Source: Camelus dromedarius
Lineage: Eukaryota
DNA: 64,000 bases
Reading direction: 5' to 3'
Assembly: GCF_036321535.1 (NCBI RefSeq)
Contig: NC_087454.1
Span: forward strand, 20,150,001-20,214,000
Shown: positions 1 to 13,012 of the stretch, piece by piece
Layout: every line of letters begins with the position of its first letter
Numbering within the stretch: position 1 is the first letter of the stretch
Program-made: the position numbers and the translations under genes
Notes under the pieces: generated by a model
What the model was told of the DNA's origin: nothing
The model's database searches: none
The model's input: only the letters and a program-made list of their open reading frames with translations

Positions 1-191
1 GTGTGTCCAGGAGACTTAGGTACTGCAGGACGGAAGAGGGGAACCGTGCAGGAGGAACAGTGAAAAGGGGGATGGCCCCCCGCCTGCCACAAACTATAAA
101 CAGCAAAATAAACACAAAGAATCACAAATAATGGGGTCCTTCCTTGTGTCTCCTCCCATCCATTCTTCCAGAATGACTCCCACTGTGGTCC

Positions 192-3100
192 CTAGAGGTG
201 CCAGGGCATCTGGAAATTCTGGGCTGGGAGTGGGGTGCAGTGTGTGGCCTCGAAGTTGTGCAGATGCTTCTGAGCCTGAGGGGAGAGGGTGGGACAGGTG
301 GGGTGCAGAGCACGGACACCCTCCAAACCCACTGCCCACTCTACAAAAGATGTCGCTTCCAATGCTTATGGGGTACCCTGTTCCCAAGCCCCACATGTGC
401 CCCCTGGCCATTCAGGCACCCCCTTCCTGCTTCCCACCCTGGAGCTCACCAGAAACAAAGCCAGCTGCCGCCGTCCATCCACACTCATGTCCTCCCCTGC
501 AGAGAGGACACGCTCAAACTTGGGCCATGCACCTGGGTGTTCATCCCCAGCCCCCTCTCCTGCCCCGGGACTCCTTACCTACACTCCAGGGGAATTCAGG
601 CCCGTGTTCGGCCTGGTAGGAGCGGAGAACGGACAGGCACCAGTCCTCCTCCACCTCCCATCGGCTGTAAATCGAGGCTGGTTATGGAGAGAGAGGAGTG
701 CCCATCAGCAACCTGGCCCTGCTAGGCCCCCAACAAAGGCCTCAGTGGGTCCCCTCTCACCTTCCTCCAGCTGTGAGGAGGCCTCCAGCCACTGCCTCAC
801 CACTTGAAGACCCTCCTCTGCCATCACACGGGGATACCTACAGAGGGAGCGCCAAGGCAGGAGGTCGGGACCCAGTTCTCTGCACTCCTTATCCCTGACC
901 CTTCTCCCCGCCCTCCTTGCGCTGGTGACGGCACACACATACACCCTGGCTCTCACCGATGCTGCAGGAGCTTCAGCAGGAGGTCATTGCCTCGGTTAGA
1001 CATGATATCCTCAGGAACCCTGGAGGGTGAGAAGAATGTACACTGGAGGGGCTGGAGGCTGGGGAGGGAGGGTCTGGACACCTGGGTTTCTGGAGGGCAG
1101 AGGGAGGAGGGACAACTTCCTAGCTGTCTCTGGGATCCAGGAGGGCAGAGGTTCCCAGGCACTCACGTGGTGGTGATGATCTCATCCTTGGTTCTGCGGA
1201 TCAGCAGCACAGGGCCCTGGTACCTTCAGAGGACAGTGTAGTAGGGAGGGAGAGTTCAGAGGGAGACAGGTGACACTGCCACCCCACCCCTACACTGGCT
1301 GCATTCTTACCCCCTGCTACAGTAGGGCCCCTTCACCCAGGCAAGCCCTTCACCCAGGGCTGAGAGTCTGAACACTTAAGAGTGGGCATTGCTCAAAGGC
1401 AGGCCTTGCTGGGAGATCCCTGCTATGCCAGGTATGAACTGTTTGGTTACCAGATCATGGGAGGGTCCAGGATCCCAGGGAAGCTGGGAGGGGTTGGGTC
1501 TGCTGGGGTGATGGCAGGGTCACTCAGGGGATGTGGGTCAGTGGCCTTTTGCCAGCTTGCACTTTACTACTAATTTCAGCATTTGAATACGCAGCACCAT
1601 GTCTATGGTGGGGTGAGGCGGGGGAAAGGTGTTATATGCCGGACACTGGCCTGCCCTCACCTGCACAGCTGCTCCGCGTTGTTTAGATTGAGATGCTGCC
1701 TCACGGTCCTGGTCACCAGGCCCCCTAGAGTGAGATAAAAGTGAAGCGACAGCAGAGACAAAGCCCCTGCCCAACACAAAGGTCCCTACTGTTCATGGAG
1801 ATAGAAAACTGAGGTCCCCAGACAGGGGAGTCCTCCTGCTTCTCAACAGGGTGACCTACTCCCCACCCACAGAAAGGGGAACCATCTCCAATTAGAACAG
1901 CTCCCAGTTCCAGCCCACCCCTTCCCTGCACTCACTCCAGCTGTCTGGCATGACCTTCAAGGCCAAGGGCACCAGGTCATCAAAGGAGGCATCCAGGATC
2001 ACGGCACTAATGTCTGGATAAGACATGGCTGCCCACGTAGCTGGTACCAGGACAGGGAAGAAGGGTGATGATCAAGGGGCTTCTGCCCACCACCCCCACC
2101 CTCATCCCACTGATCCTGTAGGCGGACCCCATCCTCCCTACTAAGTTAGTCCCAGGTCTCTCCTTAACCCCTCACTTCAGTCAGCCAGGGCTCTGCCTGG
2201 AGAGGATGGAGAGAGAACAAAGTGCACTGAAGACAATACACACAGGAAACATTCACTTCCCTGACCTCCCCATCCCAGGACCCAGGTCTACTTCTTTTAA
2301 TAACTGGGCACAAGGGTGGAAGGAAATATGAAGTGTATATGAATAGGATACCTTCCTCCAGACCCACTCAGAGATCCCAGTTCCATTCCTTTCTTTAAGC
2401 CTCCACCCCACTCCTGGGCCACCAGTGCGTTTCCCCACCTCTCCTGGGTTGTGGGGTAGCATGGAGATGGCATGAATGTGCCTGCGCTGTGGGGGTAGGA
2501 GAGAGGCCGTTACCGGTGAAGCCGCCAATGGACCAGGCATAGAGGATGATGTCCTGGGGATGGAAGCCCAGGCGGTGGATGGCAAACTGGACCACCACAT
2601 CCACGGCATTGGCCTCATTCTGCGGGAACGGCACCCCCTGCAGGAAGAAGGGCAAAGGGTGCTGAGTGGGTCAGCACCAAAGGCTGGTTTGCCTGCCACC
2701 CCCACCCTTCCAGCATGGACCCTTCCTGCAGCTACCCTGCAACAGAGAAGATGGAACTGCAGCTCTGAACAGACATTTCAGAGTGCTACAGTCTTATTTC
2801 ATGGAAGAATAAATCTGTAGTCTTATTTCATGGAAGAATAAATTTCTGTCAGTGGCATTTAAAAAGAAGAAAAGAGTGGGGGAGAGTACAGCTCAGTGGT
2901 ATAGTGTGTGCTTAGCACGCATGAGGTCCTGGGTTCAATCCCTCATACCTCCCTTAAAAATAAATAAATAAACATAATTACCTCCCCCTCCAAATAAAAA
3001 TAAATGTAATGATAAAAAAAAAAATCAGTAAAAAGAGGGGGAAAATACCCTAAAAAAAAAGAAAAGAATAGGGTGGTGGAAGGGGCTCTTCTCTCTAGAA

Positions 3101-6100
3101 ACCAGTCATTTACAGCAAGGTCCTCCCTCCCCTGCTCCTGCCAATCCCTCAGTGTGAGAGAAGGGGGCTTGCAGCCCCTTGCTCTTGGCACCCAGGTCAC
3201 AGTGAGTGGGAGACCCCATAGAAATATACATGACTTTCCCTGACTCCAGGAGCTGACCAGAGGGAGACAGACCATCATTCAGGAAGAGGAAGGGATTCTA
3301 GAGAAGGTCTCACCGTGCTTCCAGCAAAGCCTGGATGATTCCAGCCCAGGACTGAATATCCAGCTGTAACACAGGGTATGGAAGGGCTGGAACTTTACTG
3401 CCCACGTCCACCCCCTGCCCCAGCTCTGGAAGAAGGAGCCACAGGACAATGGAGCCCTAAACAGCCCCCAACTCAGGCAAATAACTCCAAGCGTTCCCAG
3501 AATGGAGACATGACACCAAAGGTTCTGAGGCAGCAGAAGGGAGAGATACGTGATTGTTGGGGGCGGAACAGAACAAGGAGCATAATGAGGTTAGGGACAC
3601 AGCCCAAGGGGAGGGATGTAAGTTTAGCAAAGCAAATCGGGAATGCACTTTGCCCCAAAGGCAAGGGTCTAAAACCTCTCCCAGAGAAAGTGGTTAGGCC
3701 CTGGGAAGCTGGGGACATTCCATTCCAAGGGGCAGAGATAAGAGGCCTGAGGCATGGGCCTACCTTCCAGAGGTGTGGAGACGCAGCCCACCTCATAGAA
3801 GCCCGCGTTCCCCTCACAGCAGATCACCTACAGGGGGAGCAGGAAGGAGCCAAGTTGGAACCAAACATCCCCCTAGTGGCAGGGAGGGCAGCCTGTGGGA
3901 GCTTCCTAGGGAAGAGGAAAGCTCACGTTTCTTGTTCTCTCCAAGGGGAATGGAAACATCTCATTTCACAGGGTCCATGAAGTGAGAAGAAAAGTGCTTA
4001 GCAAGCTGAGCCCTCAGAGAAAGAAGAATGATCTGAGTTGAGATGCTCAACCCCTCCAGCACAGTGTCGTTTTTCCTTGGAAGACCACCACCTGGATAGC
4101 TCTCAGGATGGGATTATGGATGTTTTTTCCCTTTCTGGTTTCTGGGCCCATTTTTTCTGTGACTGTTCTTTCATGTGGTATGCCAAGTGCTTTCCCTTTC
4201 CCTCCTGGGCTCCAGACTTGTGGCTAGATATACTCTACTGGTGCCCGAAGCCAGAGCCCAGATATGGTGGGACTTACGTAGACCCTCACAGCAGCTGGGC
4301 AGAGCCAGGACTAAAGCCCAGCTCCCTGTACTGCTGGCTCAGTGCTCGTTCCAGGGCTGTGGCATGGATGCAGGAGACTTCGGAGCAAGGCTGCCTGGGT
4401 TCAAATCCCAGCTCTCCCACTCACTAACTGTGTGATCTGGGGAAGTTATTCTGTGCCTCAGTTTCATCTGTAAAATGGGCTAATATAAACGGTACCTACC
4501 TTACAGGGCTGCTGTGAGATCAAACATATGCCCTGCATGTGTACGTGCTGTCTCAGCAGCAACTGTTACGATGATGACTTTTTTGATCCTTGCGTGTCAG
4601 CTCCTACTTCTTCATCTATTTCCCTATCACAGGGATTTCCTGCACCAAGAGGTCTTTAGGGTGTAGCTGGGAGATGGGGTTATCCCCACTGTGCTTCCTT
4701 AGGGGCTGTAGAACTGAGATCCCCAGAACCCCCACTGCCCTCCCCACATTCTGCCTTTGCACTCCCTGCTCCCTCTCACCAGCTTCTGTCCCTGGGGCTC
4801 AGCTGTCCCCCGTCGGTCCACAAACATGGTGTCAATCTCGTTGCCGTCACAGGCCAGTAACTTTGCCCGGCGCCCGTTACACTGAGTGTGCGAGATGCAA
4901 CAGCCAGGTTGGACGGGCAGGAGGCCACATCCCAGGTCAGGGAAGAAAGGCTGTGGAGGGGAAAGGGAAGGGGAGCCTTACCTCTTCTACCAGCCGGGCC
5001 TGGCCCTGCAGCAGCACAGGCATGAGGGCCTTCTGGAGCAGATACACTGAGCCAGGATACAGCATCCGGCGCCCCAGCGTGTGTGCCACCAGGTAGCTGT
5101 GGGGAACATGGGTCTAATGAACCCCCAACCCCAGTGGGGCCCTGGCACCATCCCAGCCCTAGCACTCACAGACTCTGGGGCCTGCCTCACCCTTGACCTT
5201 CACAGGTTCATTTTTCCCCTTTCAGGACTTAATGAAACAATAATATATGTACCAACTTTTCAAACTTTTTCACGGCAACTTTTCAAAGATACTTTATATC
5301 ATGGCCTGGTACATGCATATGCACATATAATACTGAAAGTTTTATGAGATAACACTTTCTATATACGATAAGTAAAAGCAAGGTAATTAACAATTATGAT
5401 TCTGATAATATATAAATACAATTTATTAGAAGTCCCAAAATAGGCAATACTGATCACTGCGACATTCCCAATGTCTGCCATGTGGTAAGTGCTAAAAGCC
5501 TGGCACAGAGTAGGGGCTTAATAAATATTTCTTGAACAAATGTACTAATCTAGACACAAAAGATGTGGCAGGTGCTGTTCCTGAAAAAGACAGTTAAGCA
5601 GTTCCAGTTAATCCTGAAGTAGGATTTGTCCCCAGAACAACACTGTACAACCCCTTCCAACAGCCCCCTCAAAACCTCACACTTGGCTTGCCCCTCTGGT
5701 CAATCAGCACATGGTCAACAACCGACCACTAAGTCCACCCCTTCCTTGGTAGCCCACAACCCACCCCCCAGGCCCCAGCGACAGAATTCCCACAGTGCTG
5801 CTCCACTGTAAGATCCGGGTGGTCACTGGTGTTACTTCAGATGTCATCAGTGCCCACAACTACACTTTACTTGGGCCTCACCTCGTGCTCCCAGGCACCC
5901 AGGCAAGGTGGAAGCACTTCTGAATATGTTACCTACTTAATCTCACCAACCCTGTGAGCAAGTTGTTCACGGAGACAGAAAATGTAGCTCCTTCGAGGAG
6001 GAATGACCAAGGAGCAGAGGGGCCAGGGTAGGGCCGCAGCTGCCACCAGACCCTGCTGCGCTAAGGCTATGGGTTCCCTCCCCACCTGCAACCTCATTCT

Positions 6101-9100
6101 TCCTTCTCAGCCTCCCTGAAACAGCTTCTGAGTCAGACACAACTGCCTTGTGTCCCAGCTCTTCACGCTCCTCCTGTGAGACTCTGGATATCTGACCCTC
6201 TTCTTTTCACACAGAAACGTGAATCAAAATTACTCGGCTACAAATAATACGATGTATACAACATTCGGCTCAATAACTGACAGTTATCTAACAATGGAGC
6301 ACCCAGTCCCAGAGCCTGCGCCCCATGCCCCTCCACCCCTGCCAGCCTCTGCTCCCTCTGCTCCCCACCTGGTGATCTGACAGGGCAGCTTCTTGACCCG
6401 GTCAAGGAGGGTGTCTGCCGTCCCCCGGTGCAGAGGCTCTGGGCGGAGCAGGGCCACGCCCCGGCAGGAAGGGCCCCCTTGGGACTCCTTCCTGAAGAAT
6501 GGAAAGATGCAGGGGAAGACGGGGTCAGGAGCAGCAAGCTGGACGTCTGAGGTCTGATGGACAGTGGGGTCGAAGAATGAGGAGACGGCACTGGAAGGCA
6601 GGCACTGGAACCCAGAGAGGGTGGAGGTGGGGGACAGGTCAGAGTAGGGATGGAGCGAAAGAACTGGGGCCTCACCGGCTGCTGGGTTCTTCCCAGTGGA
6701 AGTCGACTGGCCAGCTTCTGAAGTCAAAGTTGTAGTTGGCAAGCTGCCTCTGTGGGAGGTCGAGAGAGAAGAGGGAGACCATGAAAAGGGGAGTAGGTGG
6801 AGGCCCACCTACCCACCCTCGACACTCGCATCATCCAGGGGACTGGTCCCCACACATTGCAGGGAGACAAGCAGAGGTTGACACTCTCCGGTTCACAGAT
6901 GGAAAGCTCTGCCAGGGCCAGAAAAATCAAGCAAGGGAGGGTTCCCTAGCAGACACACAGGCCAGCCTGTCTGCCCTTGTCTAGAAGCGAGACCCAACAC
7001 TCTTTGCTTTTCTAAAATCTAAGACTGACTCACCCCCAGAAAGGGTGGCTGGAGGTGCTGGTGCTTTGGAAGGAAGGGATGGGGGCTTGTTGGCTGGTAA
7101 GGCTCCCTTTCCCACCTGGGTCCTATACATGATGCAATCCTGAAGGATCAACATGTCTGTCCCAAGGTGAGGAGGGAGGGAAGGGGAAAGTCACACCCAC
7201 AGTAGCTCCTTTGCACCAGGCCACCACTTGAATGAAGCCTCTCTGACTGTTCCATCCTCATGGCCACCTCCCTTCCCTCAACTCCTGCAGCCACGGGCCG
7301 TTGATGCCACCCAGACCATCTGTGCCTCTGTTCACCCCACTGAGTCAGCCCCCGTGCTTTTTGAGGGCAGCAAGAGCGGTGTCTTCCACTCTGCCGTATT
7401 CCTTCCCACACCCCGAGAGCTCCCCTGCACTCTATTTTGAGAATAGTTTTTTTACTTTCTGTCACAGGAATTTTTTGACATTTTCAAAAATAGCTGGACT
7501 AAAAGAGAGCAATAGAAAAACTGTACAGAAATGTAAATGGCAAAACAAAACAAAATGAAGAAAAGCCCATTTCAGGCAAGCTCTGTTCAGACCTGGACCC
7601 AAATGCTCTTAGTCACTTCCCTGCTCTGTGACTCTGCTTGGGTCATGTAACCTCTTTTTGCCTCTGTTTCCTCAGACATATAAATAAGGGCAATAATGCC
7701 ACCTTATGCGGTTGTGTGAGGACTAGAAATGGTGTATCCCAAATGCCTCAGCCGGCGGCATGGCAGAGCATCATTACACAGCTCCGTAAGTGGTGGTGTG
7801 GGGTGACCAGTAATATGATGACAGTGGTCATAGCTGTTTGATCCCAGAAACCCCTTTGCTCCAGGAGAGAGCTTTATAAAGCCCCAAGGCCCCTTCTCAA
7901 AGATAATCACACTCCAGCAGTGGCAGGGCTGGAACAAGTCCAAGGACAGTCTGCCCTGGCTTTTGTCCCTCCTGGCGCCAGACAGTACTCCTGGGCGTGA
8001 GAATGGATATACCTGTCCATCTCGTCCTATCCCTCAACAAAACCAGCTCAGTGTTCAATGCACACAGCAAAAAATAAACAGACATTTACAGAATGGGCCG
8101 CTGTGATGAAGAGAAAACCCCTTTCTAAGAAACACTGTGGAATGTTTCACATCTAGACAATTCTTGCAGGTGGAGGGTGGGGGATTGTTCTAGTGGAATA
8201 TTTCATCAGAAGTGGGAGGGTGGAAAAATTCCTCGGGTGGACAGGTCACTTGTGGAGGGGAGAGGGGATCCAGTGACATGCAAGCAAAACACACCCCTGC
8301 ACCCAACAGAAGCCGGACCAGTGCTCCGGGGAGGCAGCGGCACCTCTCACCTTGTTTTCCGCAGACTGGTCCCTATGTGTCGCCTCCAAGATGGTGATGA
8401 ACTGCCGGTACTGGGGGTTGGTCCAGCGGCCGATGCCTGGTGGAGAGAGGATAGGAAACCATGTTAGGAAAACTGGGAAGCAAGATGAGTAGGTTTCAGG
8501 AAGAGAATTGGAGCTGGAGAAGACCCTGGAAGAAGAAGTGGGAGGAAAAGGAATAGAGGGCCCTGGAGCTGGGGAGATAGGAGACCTAAGCCAACTCCCT
8601 TTCTCCGTAATCCTCCGAAAGCATTCGTCCCCTAACTTCTCCTGTTTTTCTTTATAGACTATCGACCTTCTACCCTCCAGGACGTTCATTCTCCCCAGTC
8701 ATAAAACACTGTCACACGCCCGCACGCTTCGCCCTTGCTAACATTGGGTCTCTCTTCTTTTCACTCCACCCATCCCTGATGCCACCCTTCCCTCTTTTCT
8801 GTATAGTCCAACTCCCTGTCATCTGGCTTCACAGCTTTTGCTCTTGCCCCATAATTATGTCCTCGCTGAATCTGAGTCCCCTTCCTTGTCCTCATTCTCA
8901 TTTAACTGTGCCACCCAGCACTCCTCCTGTCCCTGGGGATTCCTTTCTCTTCTGCTTCCTGGGTCCATCTTTGCCTCATTCAGTTCCTGGACTGCTCCTC
9001 TCCTGCCTCCCTTCTACGTCCCTCTCGGAATCGAAAGCCATTCCTAACACTGGGCTCTTTTCTCTCCTCACTTGGCCCCTCAGCGATCGCACCTGCTCTC

Positions 9101-12100
9101 CCATGACTGCCAAGGAGTCTCAAACCCTGACTTCTCTGCTCCCTCTGACCCGAAGGAGTCATGCCCCAGGCACTGCTCTGATGTGGGAGAAACAGCAGGA
9201 AACGAGCGAGACACACGGGTCCGGCCCTCAGAGAGCTGGCCTTTCTGTTGGGGGTGGGGTGGGGCTGGGGAAAGACAGTAAATGAGTAAACAGGAACATT
9301 TCAGAGAAGCGTAAGTGCTATAAAGAAAACAAAACCAGAATGAACTAGAATGCTATGTGTTATCAAGGGGAGAGCCCCCAAACAATACTGAGAATGAAAC
9401 ATGCTGCAGGATGATTCGGATAGAATGATGCCATTTGTGCTAAAAAGGTAAAATGCGCCCCCCCAAATGCTACATATTGTTTATACTCACCATGTCGCAG
9501 ACTTTAAAATGCCTATTTTTTTCATATTTGAAAACTCTGAAATCAGTGTGTGTTTTACAATTTATAGCTGCTTAGATTTAATGGAATGAGGTATATATTG
9601 TGTAAAAGTAAAAAATATGGACCAGGAAGAAAACCTACACCAGATGACAGTGGCTACTTCTGGGGAAAGAGGAACGTGTGACTGGGGTTAGATTTAGGTG
9701 GGAATGTCAACTCTATCTGTAATGCTTTAGTATTTTACTGACAAAACGTATTTGAAGCAATAGCACAAAACACAAACATTTTAGTTCTTTTTGGTATTTT
9801 GTTCTCTGGACTTCTCTGTACTGAATTTTTCCCCCAGATTAAAAAAATGAAGAGGAGTGGGATCTATTTTTAGGCAGGGTGATCAGGGAGGGCCTGTCTA
9901 AGGAGGGAGCCCAGCCCCATGGTGATCAGGAGACAGAACAAGCAGAAGGTCCTCACCTTGGGCTGGACCCACCTGTAGCCATCCAGCTCCTGACCCCACC
10001 ACTCCCTTCTCAGGACCCCCCTCCCCCAGTTTTCATCATGTGCACCCACCAGAGGGCAATGATTTGGTTTGTCTCTCCATTTTTAAAATTGTGAGATAAT
10101 AACATATGTACATAAAACATACATTCAGCTTAAAAGATACAAACATTCATGTACCAATCACCCAGGATGAGCAAGAGAACAAAGCCATCTCCCGCCAGGA
10201 GGCCTCCTTGGCCTGTTCCCTCCCCACTCCAGGTAAGCAGTCTCCTGACTTTCAAGATACCCATGCCTGTGATTTTCTTTAGTGTTTCACCACTTAGATC
10301 TGCATCCCTGTTGAACTTCATATAAATGGAAACATACTGCATAAACTATTTGGTGGTCAGCATCTTTCACTCAGCATAACACCTCTGAGATCCATCTGTG
10401 TTGCTGAGTGTAACTCTACAGTCTGTGTGTCTGCCTTGCTCTATGGCGTTCTGTTGCAGGACTATACCCCCTAATGTATTTATCCATTCTGCTATTCGGG
10501 GCCATGCAATCCAGTTAGGGTTATTACAAACATATATATGGATATATATGGAACTGTTGTAGGGTATATGCATCTTTTCTAGGTAACAGCAAATGTTTCT
10601 GCCAATTATTTGTTTCTATTTACGACTCAAGCCCTTTAAGGAAAAGATCATGCCTTGACCATTAATTACTCCCCCTCAGAGACCAGCACCAAATTATATT
10701 TGCAGAAGGTACTTAATGAATATTTACCCAGTGATGGTATGTCCAAACCAGATCCCTCTCCACCTACCTCGGAGGCAGGCCACTCCTGCCAGTAGTAGAA
10801 GCAATGTCCCAGCATAGTGAGAAAATGGCACCACTTTGGACAAACTCAGGTAACCTGGATGGGAGAGGGATTATGTGAGACGCTTTCCCCCTTGACCCTC
10901 AGCTCCTTTCCCAGTTTGGTCCCAATCTCCACCCCACACCCTCTTTGGGGGACAGCCACACCCTCAGAGGAAGAAGATGCCTGATGGAAGAGGGAAGCCA
11001 AGCCATCCTCACAGGTTCCCTTTCCCCTTTAGGAGATGGGCTCAGCTGCCAACAACCTGCCCATTTCCTGTCCCACCACCTTGGAAACCACACTGACCTT
11101 TCCTGTACAAGTAGAAGAAGGCGAAGGGAGAGGAGTAATAAGAGATGGACCAGAAGACTGAAGCCTGCAGCAGAGAGACAGGGACAAGCAATCAATACAC
11201 TCACACACATGCACGCACACACAAGTCTGCCATTTCCAGGCCTAGGCTCTGAGCAAAGTGGATAACCTGAAGGATAGTATCATATCAAGTACCTACTCTG
11301 TGCATGACACCATGCACACAGTAGGTGCTCAATAATTTGTTGAAAAGCAGTGTGTCAGAGCATAACACAGGCTGGGAAAACTAGGTACAGCTTCTATTTT
11401 CTTCATCTAGTCATCTCCGGACATAATTTCATCACATCTGAAGGCCAGTCTCTTTTTCTACTCAAGTCAATCAAGCCTCTTCAATCAGCTCTGCTCAGGA
11501 CAGCCCCTGGCCTGGTCCCCAAGAGATGCACAAACGTCACCACAGGAACCTTGCCAGAGACAACAGCTGTCTCTGCAGCCAAAGAGGTTAGTTGCCAGGG
11601 AGGACAGGTCACTGGGGACTGCAGGACCCAGCACCTGGGGATGGTTCCAAGAGTAAAGGGTTTCCTCGTGGCTCAGGCTGCCCCAGAGAAAGCAGTGCAC
11701 ATGCCAAAGGGGAGTACCAAGTATGCGCGTTTGAGAGCCGTCTATGTGTGTGTGTTGGAGATGTCTGCTGCAAAGCCCAGAGCATTCCCCACCCCCAGGG
11801 GCGCTGCCTTCTCCTAGGCTGGGGAGGAGGAAGTTCAGGAGGGCAACTGGCTCTGAAAAGATGCAGTAGTAGTCTCAGATGCCCGGGGCAGACATACCAG
11901 TGCCAGGATGCTGTCAGCATGTTTCTCGAGGGCACGGGGCTGATAGTACGTATCCTGCCAAAACAGATGGTGGAATTAAGGACCCCGCTCATTGACAAGT
12001 TCTCCCTCTTCCCTTTCAGAAGCCCTGATGTGTGTCCTTTGGTTCTAGCCCCCAAAGCCATCTCTCCTGGGACACCTCTGGCTCCCAAGGAAGCCTCCCT

Positions 12101-13012
12101 TCCCCATCACAACTGAAAGCCTGATTTCCCACTCCAGACCATAGGAACAAACACGGGGGGCTGGACTTGGAAGGAAAAGTGAAAGCAACATTGGACGACT
12201 CTTGTTTTTTCACAACGCAGTTTTAAATGGGTTGTTTGCATATGGGAGAGGGGTTAGAGAAGGAAAAGACACCATGACAACTTTTAAAGGGAAAGAAGAG
12301 CCAGAAATAAGAGTGGGTTTTTGTTCGTTTGTTATTTAGGAGTAGGTGTGGCTGGAGGTGGGCAGTTTGCAGAGGACAGTAAACATAATTTGAGACTCCC
12401 GATAAAAAGGAAGACAACATTTACGGGCACAGCCTACCACCACCCCAGCTTTCAGGAACGCAGTGATCCTGGGGTCTCCAAGGTAGGCTGGGTGTGGGGT
12501 GAGGGGAGAGCGGATACACGATACGTTGAAGAAATCATTTTGAAATTCAAGGCCGGGGAGGATAAGCGGAACCGAGTGAGGCACTGAGTAAGAAGAAATG
12601 GAGAGCGTGATGGCAAAATCACCCAGCTCCGGAATCCGCGCAGGGTCTCTTCCAGGACTTTTAAGAGTCAATTGGGACCGGCAGGAACCACGACGGGTAG
12701 GGTGAGAGGCCGCGAGAGGAAAAAGGAGTGGTAGTCAGAATGAGAAAGCACTGGCAAACAGCGATAAAGCAGACGGCCAGTCCACAGGCGTGACTTTAAC
12801 CCAGGAAGCACAAAGAGCGCAGACTTTGCGGACAACTGGCTTGACAAGCAGGCTCCCCCTATTTCCAATAATGGGCGCTTCTGGGGATCAAAGGCCGCAA
12901 AGGGGTTTGGGCCATACTATGTTTTTAACCAGGGGAGAACTCGACTCACCCAGGAGCTGGAAGGGGGGGTAGTGACTGAAGTTGGAGTCCCAGGGACGCC
13001 GGACGGGGCCCT
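192..13012 (-). CDS. ABHD16A: Phosphatidylserine lipase ABHD16A (BAT5), 20 coding exons; start codon hidden in N-gap
   Basis: Exons (-): [gap]13012-12950, 11954-11898, 11164-11098, 10854-10768, 8436-8351, 6749-6676, 6491-6369, 5096-4982, 4881-4780, 3827-3764, 3363-3314, 2637-2514, 2040-1936, 1724-1661, 1223-1167, 1019-957, 837-761, 677-579, 496-450, 275-192 (TAG). All visible junctions are GT-AG with matching phases. Nucleophile motif YAWSIGG is in exon 12; C-terminus HLHNFEATHCTPLPAQNFQMPWHL*. Total is 558 aa if exon 1 has 132 coding nt as in human. Confidence 0.98.
2790..2843. repeat. Perfect 25-bp direct duplication (period 29)
   Basis: AGTCTTATTTCATGGAAGAATAAAT at 2790-2814 and 2819-2843, separated by CTGT; ABHD16A intron 11. 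Confidence 0.9.
2878..3070 (+). mobile_element. tRNA-Ala-derived SINE (camelid Vic-1-like), copy 1
   Basis: GGGGAGAGTACAGCTCAGTGGTATAGTGTGTGCTTAGCACGCATGAGGTCCTGGGTTCAATCCC has A and B boxes and a tRNA-Ala(AGC)-like head. It is followed by (AAAT)n, a CCTCCCCCTCC segment and an A-rich tail. Confidence 0.85.
4385..4560 (+). mobile_element. MIR SINE
   Basis: MIR core: ggttcaaatcccagctct...ctgtgtgatctggggaagtta...gcctcagtttcatctgtaaaatggg. Similar MIR fragments lie near 7590-7760, 25640-25790, 28240-28450, 33050-33130, 37620-37800, 44900-45010, 46570-46670 and 50930-51010. Confidence 0.75.
9340..10600. mobile_element. Old L1M 3'-UTR fragments in ABHD16A intron 4
   Basis: AT-rich L1M-type text, e.g. 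aggatgattcggatagaatgatgccatttg and ttcatataaatggaaacatactgc...tttcactcagcataac...gagatccatc. Confidence 0.6.
10855..10915 (-). ncRNA. miR-4646-like 5'-tailed mirtron hairpin at the 3' end of ABHD16A intron 3
   Basis: Minus strand reads ACTGGGAAAGGAGCTGAGGGTCAAGGGGGAAAGCGTCTCACATAATCCCTCTCCCATCCAG and ends exactly at the acceptor AG. The arms pair imperfectly (CTGG/CCAG, GGAG/CTCC, GAGGG/CCCTC). It resembles human MIR4646 as I recall it; expression is unknown. Confidence 0.45.

Noticed and set aside
2878-2955. Functional tRNA-Ala(AGC) gene (also 37845-37918 and 54058-54132)
   Set aside because: The stems are disrupted, the copies differ from each other, and each runs into SINE-type A-rich or microsatellite tails, so these are SINE heads.
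3378-3980. 200-aa plus-strand ORF antisense to ABHD16A (similarly 38682..39230, 61835..62431, 25603..26199)
   Set aside because: No recognisable domain or exon structure. Long antisense or intronic ORFs are expected in GC-rich coding regions, and many ORF-track starts are GTG/TTG.
5882-5951. Possible 70-nt poison exon in ABHD16A intron 7
   Set aside because: Only AG/GT boundaries with a weak pyrimidine tract support it, and such pseudo-exons are common.
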